Shown: in pieces, positions 27,287 to 36,178 of the stretch
How the letters are laid out: every line of letters begins with the position of its first letter
How positions within the stretch are numbered: position 1 is the first letter of the stretch
Assembly: GCA_025454815.1 (NCBI GenBank)
Contig: JALONR010000014.1
Location: forward strand, 2,473 to 66,472
DNA: 64,000 nucleotides
Direction of reading: 5' to 3'
Origin: Bacteroidales bacterium
GTDB lineage: Bacteria > Bacteroidota > Bacteroidia > Bacteroidales > VadinHA17
Notes under the pieces: generated by a model
The model's database searches: none
The model's input: the letters and a program-made list of their open reading frames with translations, nothing else
What the model was told of the DNA's origin: nothing
Made by a program: the position numbers and the translations under genes

Positions 27287-29498
27287 CAGGTAAAATTAAT
27301 GAAAAAGAGTCAGAACTTCCCGCTGTAATATTCTTGACTGCGGCCGAAAGTTTCAACGACCGGTTCAGACTGTAACCTATGTTCCCGTCCATCAGGAAGT
27401 AGCCTGTATTATGTTCCTGCCAGTAATCATAGAAGCCGGGCAGGATATCGTCCCTTGAGTCTTCCTCAAGAAATACCCTGTCTATATTCAGTGTCTTTGA
27501 CCTGGCATAGAGATCCACTCCCGCCTGAAAACGGTCACCTGTAGCAAGCAGACTGATTTTTGCAGTATGTTTACGCCTGTACTTTAAATACTTGCCTGTA
27601 CCCTGCCCCGTAAGCGGATTCAGTTCAACAGGATTAATGAACGTGTATCCCCCGGTAACAATGGCAGTCATTTTGCCGACGGGTCTGCTCAGCATCAGTT
27701 CTGTCTCAGTTCCGAATATCCTTGAACGCTCAATGTTAGTTGCCTTGAAGCCAAGGCCGGAGAACCCGCTCCCGGGATCCTGGTGCAACCCGAAGATATA
27801 TTCGATCATATCCCTGCTCTGGGAAAGAAAAACCGAAAGGTCACCCTCACCCCGTACCTGTCCGATCATGAACCCCTGCATCACCCCGGCCTCGGAGCTC
27901 CATCCCGATTCCGGCCTGACCGAGGGGCTGGGAAAGATCCTTACCGACCCGAGTGTTGTTGATGCATGCTTCTCAGCGATAGAGGGATACCGGTATCCCT
28001 GCCCGAAAGAGGTCCTCAGGAAAGTATACCTGGCTGCCTGGAAATTCAGGCCCGCCCTGAATACGGGGACAAGACCGTCCGCTACATTGTCAAGTATATT
28101 CTGTTCCAGTCGTAATCCCCCTGTTATTTTCAGGCGTTCTACAGGGCGCACCTCGGCCTGTGCAAACCCGGCCAGGTTCAGCCCGCGGTGATCGCCGAAG
28201 AAGTTTGACGTGATGGCACTCCACGTCTCTGAAAATCCTGCGGTAAGACTTATCTGGTCATTGAAAGCGTACCAGAACTGGTACTCACCGTAGAGTGAAA
28301 CCGAACCGGCATTATTGGCAATTCTCACCGGGAACCTGTTTTCAGAGGCCTGAAGCCTCATTCGAATGTCATGCCTGTATTTACCCCGTTTGCCAATTGA
28401 AATATAAGGATCTGCGGAGAAAGTATACCCGTGAAGTCTTGACACGGTGGATGTGTCCTGTTTAAGTCCGCCGGTAAGAGCATCCTCCCATAACACGAAA
28501 TCAATCTTGTATGTTTTTCCGCCGCTAAGGTTGATGCCATATTTTAACCCTTCATACTTACTGCTGTGATGCTTCAGCCTCAAGCTTACCCTTCCCAGGG
28601 ATTCATCGTTGTATTTCCTGTAACCCCTGTCGGATGAGAGGTTAACACCCAGGCCGAGGTCGGTGTTGCCTATCTTTCGCAGGTGCGAAAAAGATGCACT
28701 GCCATAGAGTCTGGGCGTATCCCACCATTTCCAGTCTGTATTTGCCGGACTGCCAAAGAGGCCAGCCTCACTGTAAAAGGTGGTAACGGGAACATTGGAG
28801 GCATCTGCAGTCCTGAAATTGATCACCCCGTTAAGTGCCGAAGAGCCATACAGGACAGATGATGCTCCTTTGATAATCTCAACCTGCGCGAGGTTTTCCA
28901 GCGGAAGAAATTGCCATTTGATGTTACCTGCATCAGCTGACATCATCGGAAGTCCGTCTACAAGGGCAAGAACGCGGCTCCCTACACCATAGCTGAACCC
29001 GCTCCCACCCCTGATGGAAGCCTGGCCATCAAGAACCTCAATACCCGGCGTTTTGGTTATAAGTTCCTGTGCGTCTGTGATATGCGTGCGATAGAGTGAC
29101 TCTGACCTTATTACATCCATCGTCACGGTAAGGTCAGAGCGTTTCTGTTCCATCCGGTCAGCGCTGACAACCACCTGGTCAAGAAACTGCGCCTCCGGGT
29201 CCAATTCAATATCCAGAACCGCAGTCACTCCTGCGGTGACGGACAGAGTCTCTGTCCTTGACCTGTAGCCAATAAACCTGAAGTCAATGGTAACGGTGCC
29301 TTCACCTGTTGAAAAAGAAAATGAACCTGTCGTGTCTGTTGCCGTTCCGAGTCCGCGACCCCATATGACGTAGACCCCTGTCAGCGGCTCACCGGTCTGA
29401 CTGTCGGTGACCCTTCCGCTGACCACAGCCTGTGCTGCCGCCCCGCCGGTAAAAGCCAGCAGAATGCCTGAAAAGAGTAAAATCCGGAATGATATCAT
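27075..29498 (-). CDS. TonB-dependent receptor with carboxypeptidase-regulatory-like domain; 3' end anomalous
   Basis: 807-aa ORF. Signal peptide, VVSGRVTDSQTGEPLTGVYV domain, plug (GASSVLYGSSALNGVINF) and barrel. A terminal-strand-like motif ...TLQVYNLRYVF ends at 27249, but the ORF continues 57 non-barrel-like codons and overlaps the next gene by 212 nt. Confidence 0.8.
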   Translation of the reverse strand: MISFRILLFSGILLAFTGGAAAQAVVSGRVTDSQTGEPLTGVYVIWGRGLGTATDTTGSFSFSTGEGTVTIDFRFIGYRSRTETLSVTAGVTAVLDIELDPEAQFLDQVVVSADRMEQKRSDLTVTMDVIRSESLYRTHITDAQELITKTPGIEVLDGQASIRGGSGFSYGVGSRVLALVDGLPMMSADAGNIKWQFLPLENLAQVEIIKGASSVLYGSSALNGVINFRTADASNVPVTTFYSEAGLFGSPANTDWKWWDTPRLYGSASFSHLRKIGNTDLGLGVNLSSDRGYRKYNDESLGRVSLRLKHHSSKYEGLKYGINLSGGKTYKIDFVLWEDALTGGLKQDTSTVSRLHGYTFSADPYISIGKRGKYRHDIRMRLQASENRFPVRIANNAGSVSLYGEYQFWYAFNDQISLTAGFSETWSAITSNFFGDHRGLNLAGFAQAEVRPVERLKITGGLRLEQNILDNVADGLVPVFRAGLNFQAARYTFLRTSFGQGYRYPSIAEKHASTTLGSVRIFPSPSVRPESGWSSEAGVMQGFMIGQVRGEGDLSVFLSQSRDMIEYIFGLHQDPGSGFSGLGFKATNIERSRIFGTETELMLSRPVGKMTAIVTGGYTFINPVELNPLTGQGTGKYLKYRRKHTAKISLLATGDRFQAGVDLYARSKTLNIDRVFLEEDSRDDILPGFYDYWQEHNTGYFLMDGNIGYSLNRSLKLSAAVKNITAGSSDSFSLILPDVTLQVYNLRYVFHCSAGCIGTTLRPGEYVVLRTGGFALSGPGDNESFKPGRYACRKGFSSDDFAAFFAP

Positions 29499-29893
29499 TT
29501 CGGCTTGAATGTCATCCTGACATTTATAAGCGTTACACCCGGGTAGGTGAACGTCACTTTAAGGGAGTTGCTCTTAAGCTCCACGATATGCGTTGTAAGA
29601 GCGAAAGGTAGATCCGGTGAATCAATCGCAAGGTTGACCTCATTGTCAGTAAATATCCAGGTACCGGTATACTGCCCGAAAGTACCCGTACCATCCTTTT
29701 TAAAGGTCACATCCCCCTTGAATTTCTCAAGTATCTGTCCGGGACCGCTGGCATCAACGCCGTCAGCAAGCAGGCTGTCGCTGGTCCAGACATGTGATGT
29801 CAGAAGCGTAAACCGTTCAGACTCCTTCTCTTTATTACATGATACGGTAATGCCAAGACTTACTATTATGATCAGTAATACAGCGTTCTTCAT
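29495..29893 (-). CDS. Lipocalin-like lipoprotein, unknown function
   Basis: The start at MKNAVLLIIIVSLGITVSC gives a lipoprotein signal. About 132 aa of beta-rich sequence (WTSDSLL..., GTWIFTDNEVNL..., LKVTFTY). There is a 4-nt overlap with the downstream TonB receptor start. Confidence 0.45.
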   Translation of the reverse strand: MKNAVLLIIIVSLGITVSCNKEKESERFTLLTSHVWTSDSLLADGVDASGPGQILEKFKGDVTFKKDGTGTFGQYTGTWIFTDNEVNLAIDSPDLPFALTTHIVELKSNSLKVTFTYPGVTLINVRMTFKPK

Positions 29894-29946
29894 AACTTGT
29901 CCTTTTACGTTCTGTTTCAATAAAAACTCCTGCAGCCGAAAATAGT

Positions 29947-30807
29947 TTAAAAATATCTTATTGAACGAATGCGATAAGTATTATTCTTGTAAAGCATCCC
30001 CTGAAGCCCGTTACTGAAATTCTGCTTCCAGGCAGCAACATCGCTTACCTCACTGGAACTCCAGTAGTCAGTTAAAGTGAATCCGCCTATGATATTCCGG
30101 TTCATGTAGAGTTTGTTAAGTTCGTCTTTCGACGGCAAGGCCCAGTCATTGCATCCGGAGATCACTGCGTTAAAGCTTATCCTTGCTGCACAGTTGGCAT
30201 CGGCACACCCCCCGGCAATTGCGGTTGTATTAACCAGGCCTGAACCGATCCCGGCAGAGGTACCCCCTATAAGAACCTGGTGACATCCCCAGAGGTATGA
30301 GCCATGGTCCGCTGGCGCAGCTATTATTCCATGCAGCTGGCCTGCTGTGTAGCCGGGGTCTCCTGACTGAAAGAGATAGGCTACAATACCACCTCCATAT
30401 GCTTCCCCAACAGCAACAGCGGCTGTGGTAAAAATAATCTGGTCACCATATGCCGTACCGGCTTTGTTGGATGCAAAAGCCCTTACATAGTATGGCGTAA
30501 CGGTATTGAGCTCCTCCAGATTGGCAGCAAAGAGTCCTGTTCCCTCTCCGGCATTAAACATACCGCCGTGCTGTTCGAGAGTCGGACCTGTGGCTGTACT
30601 CCATACAATGCCCCTTGCAGTAACGGCAGCTCCGCCGTCATCCGTTATATTACCTCCGCTAACTGCCGTAGAGGCAGTTATTTCGGTCACAGAAAGGGTT
30701 GTCAGAGTGGCCAGTTTCGCCTCTTTCCTGCAACCGGGCAGCGAAAAGAAAAACAGCACGGTTGCCGCAGGAAGAATGAAACCTGTTAACCTCATCAGCT
30801 TTCTCAT
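29947..30807 (-). CDS. Lipoprotein with Ig/FN3-like N-domain and DUF1566 (Lcl C-terminal-like) domain
   Basis: Signal MRKLMRLTGFILPAATVLFFFSLPGC. The N-domain ITASTAVSGGNITDDGGAAVTARGIVWST...YYVRAFASNKAGTAYG is common in Bacteroidota surface proteins. The C-terminal WALPSKDELNKLY...YWSSSE... is typical of DUF1566. Confidence 0.6.
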   Translation of the reverse strand: MRKLMRLTGFILPAATVLFFFSLPGCRKEAKLATLTTLSVTEITASTAVSGGNITDDGGAAVTARGIVWSTATGPTLEQHGGMFNAGEGTGLFAANLEELNTVTPYYVRAFASNKAGTAYGDQIIFTTAAVAVGEAYGGGIVAYLFQSGDPGYTAGQLHGIIAAPADHGSYLWGCHQVLIGGTSAGIGSGLVNTTAIAGGCADANCAARISFNAVISGCNDWALPSKDELNKLYMNRNIIGGFTLTDYWSSSEVSDVAAWKQNFSNGLQGMLYKNNTYRIRSIRYF

Positions 30808-30983
30808 AGGAATTACAGTTCTTCTTTCGTTAAGCAAGTTATTAAAAATTACTCGATCACAGTGTGATACGCGTAAATGAACAACAGCTTCAGGCGGTCT
30901 TTATTGTCTTATAATGAAGACTTCGGATCCGGATAACCAAACTTTTCGTAGATTTATTACTTCAATCTTAAACGAAGGTCAAT

Positions 30984-32618
30984 ATGAGCGAAAAGTATTC
31001 TGTAAGCCCGAACGGTGAAAAATTTCCCCTTCCGAAGCCGGATGATTACAAAAAAGAATTTGAAGCCATAAAGAAACGTGTCAGACAGGAGCGGGCCAAA
31101 GGCCGCGAAATAGTGGTGGTCATGGGAGTAGGCTTCGTAGGAGCCGTAATGGCAGCCATTGTTGCAGACACTGTTGACAAAAAGGGGAAACCGTCAAAGT
31201 TTGTTATCGGGATGCAACGCCCCAGCGCACGAAGTTTCTGGAAAATACCCCTGCTGAACCGCGGCGTCTCGCCCGTGAAAGCCGAGGACCCTGAAGTTGA
31301 CCCGATGATTGCCCGCTGCGTGAACGAAAAGAAAACGCTCATGGCAACTTATACCTATGACGTCCTGAAGCTCGCCGATGTGGTTGTGGTTGACGTGCAG
31401 TGTGACTATATCAAAGAAGAACTCGGTAATGTCCGGGCCGGGCAGACTGATATGGCTGCCCTTGAAGCATCGCTGGCGGTAATTGCCGAACATATTCCAC
31501 CTGAAGCGCTTGTCCTGATTGAAACCACCGTCGCACCGGGCACAACAGAGCAGGTTGCCTATCCTATCATGAAAAAAGCATTCAGCAAGCGTGGAATCAA
31601 AACTGACCCGCTGCTGGCACACAGCTATGAGAGGGTTATGCCAGGGAGAAATTATGTTGCCAGCATACGCGATTTCTGGAGGGTCTGCAGCGGCATCAAC
31701 GAGGAGGCAAAAAAACGGGTCGTAAAATTCCTCACCGAGGTGCTCAACACTGAAAAATTTCCGCTTACCGTTATGGACAGGCCAATAGAATCTGAGACAG
31801 CGAAGATAGTTGAGAACAGTTATCGCGCCACAATACTTGCATTCCTTGATGAATGGAGCCTCTTCGCGGAGCGAAACGGCGTCGATCTCATCAAGGTTAT
31901 CAAGGCAATAAAGATGAGACCAACCCACAGCAACATGATCTTCCCCGGACCGGGTATAGGAGGATACTGCCTGCCAAAGGACGGGGGTTTGGGCGTCTGG
32001 GCATACAAGCATATCCTTGGTTTCGAGGATGACATCTTCAGGATCACACCCCTTGCCATTGATATCAACGATACGCGCGGACTGCATGTGGGGCAGCTCA
32101 CCCGTGATGCCCTCCGTAACATGGGCAAGCCCATTGCAGCAGCCGACATCCTGGTCCTCGGTGCCGCATACCGCGAAGATGTGGGTGATACCCGGTACAG
32201 CGGATCTGAAATAGTCATCCGCAAGCTGGCGGAAATGGGAGCGGAAATACGCGTTCACGATCCCTACGTCGAACACTGGTGGGAATTTGAGCAGCAGGAT
32301 ACTTACCCCGCCGAAGGACAGAGCAAGGCACAGTTCTTCCGCAACCAGGAAAAACTGAAGGAGATAAGAATTGAACAGGACCTCAGCAAAGCCCTCAGGG
32401 GAGCCGAGGCTGTCATCCTGGCCGTTCCCCATGCAGCTTACCTCAACCTTGATCCGGACAGGGTGGTAAAAACCATAGGCCAGCCTGCCGCCATTATTGA
32501 CTGCTTCGGGATACTTACCGATGACAAGATACGTCGTTACTTCCAGCTGGGCTGCGAGGTCAAGGGACTCGGCCGCGGACATATCCAGAGAATAAAGGAG
32601 GAGTTGCGGAAATCATAA
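30984..32618 (+). CDS. UDP-glucose/GDP-mannose dehydrogenase family nucleotide-sugar dehydrogenase (long form)
   Basis: 544 aa. Rossmann VVVMGVGFVGAVMAA, catalytic GGYCLPKD motif and a C-terminal UDPG_MGDP_dh domain (LGAAYREDVGDTRYS). Confidence 0.85.
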   Translation: MSEKYSVSPNGEKFPLPKPDDYKKEFEAIKKRVRQERAKGREIVVVMGVGFVGAVMAAIVADTVDKKGKPSKFVIGMQRPSARSFWKIPLLNRGVSPVKAEDPEVDPMIARCVNEKKTLMATYTYDVLKLADVVVVDVQCDYIKEELGNVRAGQTDMAALEASLAVIAEHIPPEALVLIETTVAPGTTEQVAYPIMKKAFSKRGIKTDPLLAHSYERVMPGRNYVASIRDFWRVCSGINEEAKKRVVKFLTEVLNTEKFPLTVMDRPIESETAKIVENSYRATILAFLDEWSLFAERNGVDLIKVIKAIKMRPTHSNMIFPGPGIGGYCLPKDGGLGVWAYKHILGFEDDIFRITPLAIDINDTRGLHVGQLTRDALRNMGKPIAAADILVLGAAYREDVGDTRYSGSEIVIRKLAEMGAEIRVHDPYVEHWWEFEQQDTYPAEGQSKAQFFRNQEKLKEIRIEQDLSKALRGAEAVILAVPHAAYLNLDPDRVVKTIGQPAAIIDCFGILTDDKIRRYFQLGCEVKGLGRGHIQRIKEELRKS

Positions 32619-32656
32619 CCTGCATATACAAATAACCCTGAATAAAGTACCACACT

Positions 32657-33508
32657 ATGAAGAGGAAAGTAGACGAACTGTATGAAGAGTACCGCAACGG
32701 AAACGTCAGCCGTCGCGATTTCATGAAGAAACTGGCCCTCGTGACCGGGGGAACTGCGGTTGCAGTTGTGATCCTGCCGGACAGCAACAGCGCTTCGGCC
32801 AGGTCAAAACGGTCAGCAACCGTGCAACTGATCAATGAGTTCATTACCTACCCGGGGCACAACTGTGACATGCGGGCTTACCTCTCAATGCCGGAGGGAA
32901 AGGAAAAACTGCCGGGAGTGATCGTGATCCATGAGAACAGAGGCCTCGTCCCGCACATCCAGGATGTCAACAGACGCATGGCCATGGAAGGTTTCATCTC
33001 ACTGGCACCTGACGCTCTCTCTCCCCTTGGAGGAACTCCTGAGGACGAAAATAAGGGACGCGAGATGATCGGACAGCTTAACCGCGAAGAGACTATAAAA
33101 AACTTCGTGGCGGCAGTAAAGTACCTTAAAACCCACCCAAGGTCAACCGGGAAGGTTGGATGTACAGGCTTCTGCTGGGGCGGTGCGATGACCAACCAGG
33201 TGGCAGTCAATTCACCGGACCTGAATGCTGCAGTACCCTACTACGGATCCACTCCGGCACCTGAGGATGTGCCCAAAATTAAAGCTGAGGTTATGGCTCA
33301 CTATGCAGGTGATGACGAAAGGATCAACAGCGGAATACCTGCATTCGAGGAAGCTCTCAAACAGGCCGGCATAGAGTACCAGATATTCATTTATGAGGGT
33401 ACTCAGCATGCCTTTAATAACGACACCGGCACCAGATACAACAAGGAGGCTGCTGACCTGGCCTGGAAACGGACTACAGATTTCTTCAGGGAAACACTCA
33501 AGGATTGA
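32657..33508 (+). CDS. Dienelactone hydrolase family protein, probable TAT signal
   Basis: 283 aa. SRRDFMKKLALVTGG twin-arginine-like signal, nucleophile motif GCTGFCWGG, and a C-terminal H in GTQHAFNND. Confidence 0.8.
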   Translation: MKRKVDELYEEYRNGNVSRRDFMKKLALVTGGTAVAVVILPDSNSASARSKRSATVQLINEFITYPGHNCDMRAYLSMPEGKEKLPGVIVIHENRGLVPHIQDVNRRMAMEGFISLAPDALSPLGGTPEDENKGREMIGQLNREETIKNFVAAVKYLKTHPRSTGKVGCTGFCWGGAMTNQVAVNSPDLNAAVPYYGSTPAPEDVPKIKAEVMAHYAGDDERINSGIPAFEEALKQAGIEYQIFIYEGTQHAFNNDTGTRYNKEAADLAWKRTTDFFRETLKD

Positions 33509-33511
33509 TTT

Positions 33512-34759
33512 TCAGCCGTTTGCCAGGCCTACTCTCCACACCCTGGCCACTTCATTTATGAACGGACGGCAGTGATTGAAAAAGTGCCTGTACCCCTCAC
33601 AGAGGTAGTTCAGTCCCGCCTCGCCGTCAGGGGTGTTGATGAACCTGTTCCTGGGGCACTCTCCGTTGCACATTTCAAGCACCTCACATTCAAGGCAGTA
33701 ACGGGGCAGTGACTTTTCCTTGGCTTCACCGAAGGCCTTTTGCCGCGGATCATCAAGAAGGGAGGTGAGGGAACTTTCCATGATGTTTCCAATCCTGTAT
33801 TCTTCATTGACGTAATGATCACAGGAATAGAAATCACCATTTATTTCCACCACCGGCACTGCTCCACAGACAGGCCTGAAAATACAGAGAGTATGTTCCT
33901 GGCCGAATGCCGAACGGAGCGCCTCCTCAAATATCTGGATCTTTATACTTCCGATATCACGGGCTATCCATTCGTCGAAGACTGCACAGAGGAAATTTCC
34001 GAATTCACGGGGCTTCACACTCCGGCCGGTAACCAATTCCTTTCCCCCCCTGGTCTGACCTGCCAGTGAATCCGTTGGCGGGTTGCCCGGTTCCATCATT
34101 AAACCCCTGAGTGGATCCTTCCGTCTCGCCATTGTGACAGACTGGCTGTCAGCCCGTTCCACCAGCGGCAGGAAGGTTATATACTCTGCCCCGAGGTCCC
34201 TGAAAAAACGGTAGACCTCAAGCGGAGCCTTGACATTCTCACTGTTCACCACGCATAATATCTCGTGAGGCACACTGTAATCCCTGAGAGCACCGAGGCC
34301 CCTCATCACATCATCAAATGACCCCCTGCTGTCAGCCCTTCTCCTGTGACTGTTGTGAAACCGTTCCGGTCCGTCGAGGCTGACACCGACATGGAATCCC
34401 TCCTCTTTAAAAAACCTGGCCCACTCAGCATCAATCAAGGTTGCATTGGTCTGAATGCCGTTCAGGATCCTGCACCCCGGGGGAGCAAAGCTTTTTTCAA
34501 TCTCTGCAGCCCGGCGATAAAAATCTATGCCCGCCAGCGTCGGCTCACCACCGTGCCATGAAAAAAAGAGATCTTTTCCGCCGGAAGCGGCAATATGATT
34601 CCTGATATACTCTGTCAGTATCTCATCTTTCATTCTTAATCCGGATGGTGCATTGACCTGATCATCATGTTCAACGTAATAACAGTAGTTGCATCTCAGG
34701 TTGCACCTTCCACTGACTGGCTTCACAAAGACCTGGAATTCATGATAATCAACACCCAT
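33512..34759 (-). CDS. Anaerobic sulfatase-maturating enzyme (radical SAM with SPASM domain)
   Basis: 415 aa with CNLRCNYCYY (CX3CX2C), GGEPTL, and C-terminal cysteine clusters CxxxxxC...CLECEVLEMCNGECPRNR. Confidence 0.82.
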   Translation of the reverse strand: MGVDYHEFQVFVKPVSGRCNLRCNYCYYVEHDDQVNAPSGLRMKDEILTEYIRNHIAASGGKDLFFSWHGGEPTLAGIDFYRRAAEIEKSFAPPGCRILNGIQTNATLIDAEWARFFKEEGFHVGVSLDGPERFHNSHRRRADSRGSFDDVMRGLGALRDYSVPHEILCVVNSENVKAPLEVYRFFRDLGAEYITFLPLVERADSQSVTMARRKDPLRGLMMEPGNPPTDSLAGQTRGGKELVTGRSVKPREFGNFLCAVFDEWIARDIGSIKIQIFEEALRSAFGQEHTLCIFRPVCGAVPVVEINGDFYSCDHYVNEEYRIGNIMESSLTSLLDDPRQKAFGEAKEKSLPRYCLECEVLEMCNGECPRNRFINTPDGEAGLNYLCEGYRHFFNHCRPFINEVARVWRVGLANG

Positions 34760-36047
34760 AGCTGTCTATAAGATACTGTTTCAGATTTTCCGTGCCGGGT
34801 CTCATTTTAACCGACCGCTTTGTGCCTGAAAGGAATTTTACCAGGCTGTCGGGCACCTCCACTTCCCTGCCGATAAGCGGTTCTACAATGCCGGTGAATT
34901 TTGCCGGATGAGCTGTAGCAGCAAAGATACCGGTGGTGCCGGGATGGGAATCAAGGTATTCCTTAAGCCCCAGGCTTGCCACCGCGCCATGAGGATCAAG
35001 GATGTAACCGGTACGCAGATATTCTTCGCCCATGTGTTTACTGATCCGGTCATCATCAAACCAGCAGCCGGCCACAGACCTGGAAATTGTCTCATAATCA
35101 TCGTCAAAAACTCTGCGTAACCTGTCAAAGTTACCGGGGTTGCCGACATCCATTGCATTGGCAATGGTTGCCACCGTGGGTGCAGGTTTGAAGATACCCG
35201 TATCAAGGTACTCAGGCACAACCCTGTTTATGTTTGTGGCTGCCACCAGGTGGAGTATTCCCAGGCCCGACTTCCATGCCATCGCCGCAGCCGTTATGTT
35301 GCCGAAATTCCCTGACGGGACGGACAATACTGTTCCTTTGCCTGTACGGGCCAGGGCATAGTAATAGTAAAAGGTTTGAGGTATAAGCCGTGCAATGTTT
35401 ATCGAATTCGCCGAGGTCAGCTTAACTCTTCCTCCTGTTGCTGCACCCGAGAGGATCCCCTTTACCATCGCCTGGCAGTCATCAAACGTCCCCTCAATCT
35501 CTATTGCCGTGATATTGCTCCCCATGGTTGTTATCTGGTTCTCCTGCAACCTGCTCACCATGCCCGAAGGATAAAGGATTACGACGTCAACACCATCAAC
35601 TCCCAGGAAGCTTGAGGCTATGGCTCCTCCTGTGTCGCCCGAGGTGGCAACCAGCACTACGGTACGCCTGTCATCCTGGGTGGAGAAATACCTGAAACAG
35701 CCGGCCATGAATCTCGCCCCGAAGTCCTTGAAAGCGGCAGTGGGGCCGTGAAACAGTTCGAGAACCTGGCTCCTTTCATCCAGTTGCCTGATTATGACCG
35801 GGAAATCAAAGGCTTCCTCGCATATCTGCCTCATAGCCGGAACAGGTATCTCGTTGCCTACATAGAGCTGCCCCACTTCCATTGCGATCTCGGGAAGTGC
35901 CAGGCCGGGCAAACGACTGAAAAAGGCTTCATCCGGCCGTGGTATCCGTGCCGGCATGAATAAACCCATATTAGAAGAGATCCCCTTTTCAACCGCCCCC
36001 CTGAAACCTGTCCGTATCCGCGGATCCTTCAGATTATAGTATTCCAT
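34749..36047 (-). CDS. thrC: Threonine synthase
   Basis: 432 aa with the PLP-lysine motif FHGPTAAFKDFGARF, plus TSGDTGGA and SANSINIARL. Confidence 0.9.
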   Translation of the reverse strand: MEYYNLKDPRIRTGFRGAVEKGISSNMGLFMPARIPRPDEAFFSRLPGLALPEIAMEVGQLYVGNEIPVPAMRQICEEAFDFPVIIRQLDERSQVLELFHGPTAAFKDFGARFMAGCFRYFSTQDDRRTVVLVATSGDTGGAIASSFLGVDGVDVVILYPSGMVSRLQENQITTMGSNITAIEIEGTFDDCQAMVKGILSGAATGGRVKLTSANSINIARLIPQTFYYYYALARTGKGTVLSVPSGNFGNITAAAMAWKSGLGILHLVAATNINRVVPEYLDTGIFKPAPTVATIANAMDVGNPGNFDRLRRVFDDDYETISRSVAGCWFDDDRISKHMGEEYLRTGYILDPHGAVASLGLKEYLDSHPGTTGIFAATAHPAKFTGIVEPLIGREVEVPDSLVKFLSGTKRSVKMRPGTENLKQYLIDSYGC

Positions 36048-36070
36048 ATGCCTGCAGATTCGTCAGTTCA

Positions 36071-36178
36071 TCATTCCAGGTCAGCATTCCAGAAATCCAG
36101 GCCCGCAATGCAGCATTAAAGGTCAACTTTTCACCATTCCAGGACAACATTTCACCACACACGGTCAACATTTCACCA
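36071..36178. repeat. 21-nt tandem repeat array spanning the thrB stop codon and the thrB-thrC spacer
   Basis: On the minus strand there are three contiguous units: TGGTGAAATGTTGACCGTGTG, TGGTGAAATGTTGTCCTGGAA and TGGTGAAAAGTTGACCTTTAA (36116-36178). A degenerate copy, TGGAATGCTGACCTGGAATGA, lies at 36071-36091. Confidence 0.85.

Noticed and set aside
36068-36178. Selenocysteine or programmed UGA readthrough extending thrB through the repeated TGG-TGA units
   Set aside because: The frame contains three TGA, one TAA and a TGA-TGA doublet within 110 nt, and no SECIS-like hairpin follows the first TGA. The multiple different stops make readthrough implausible.
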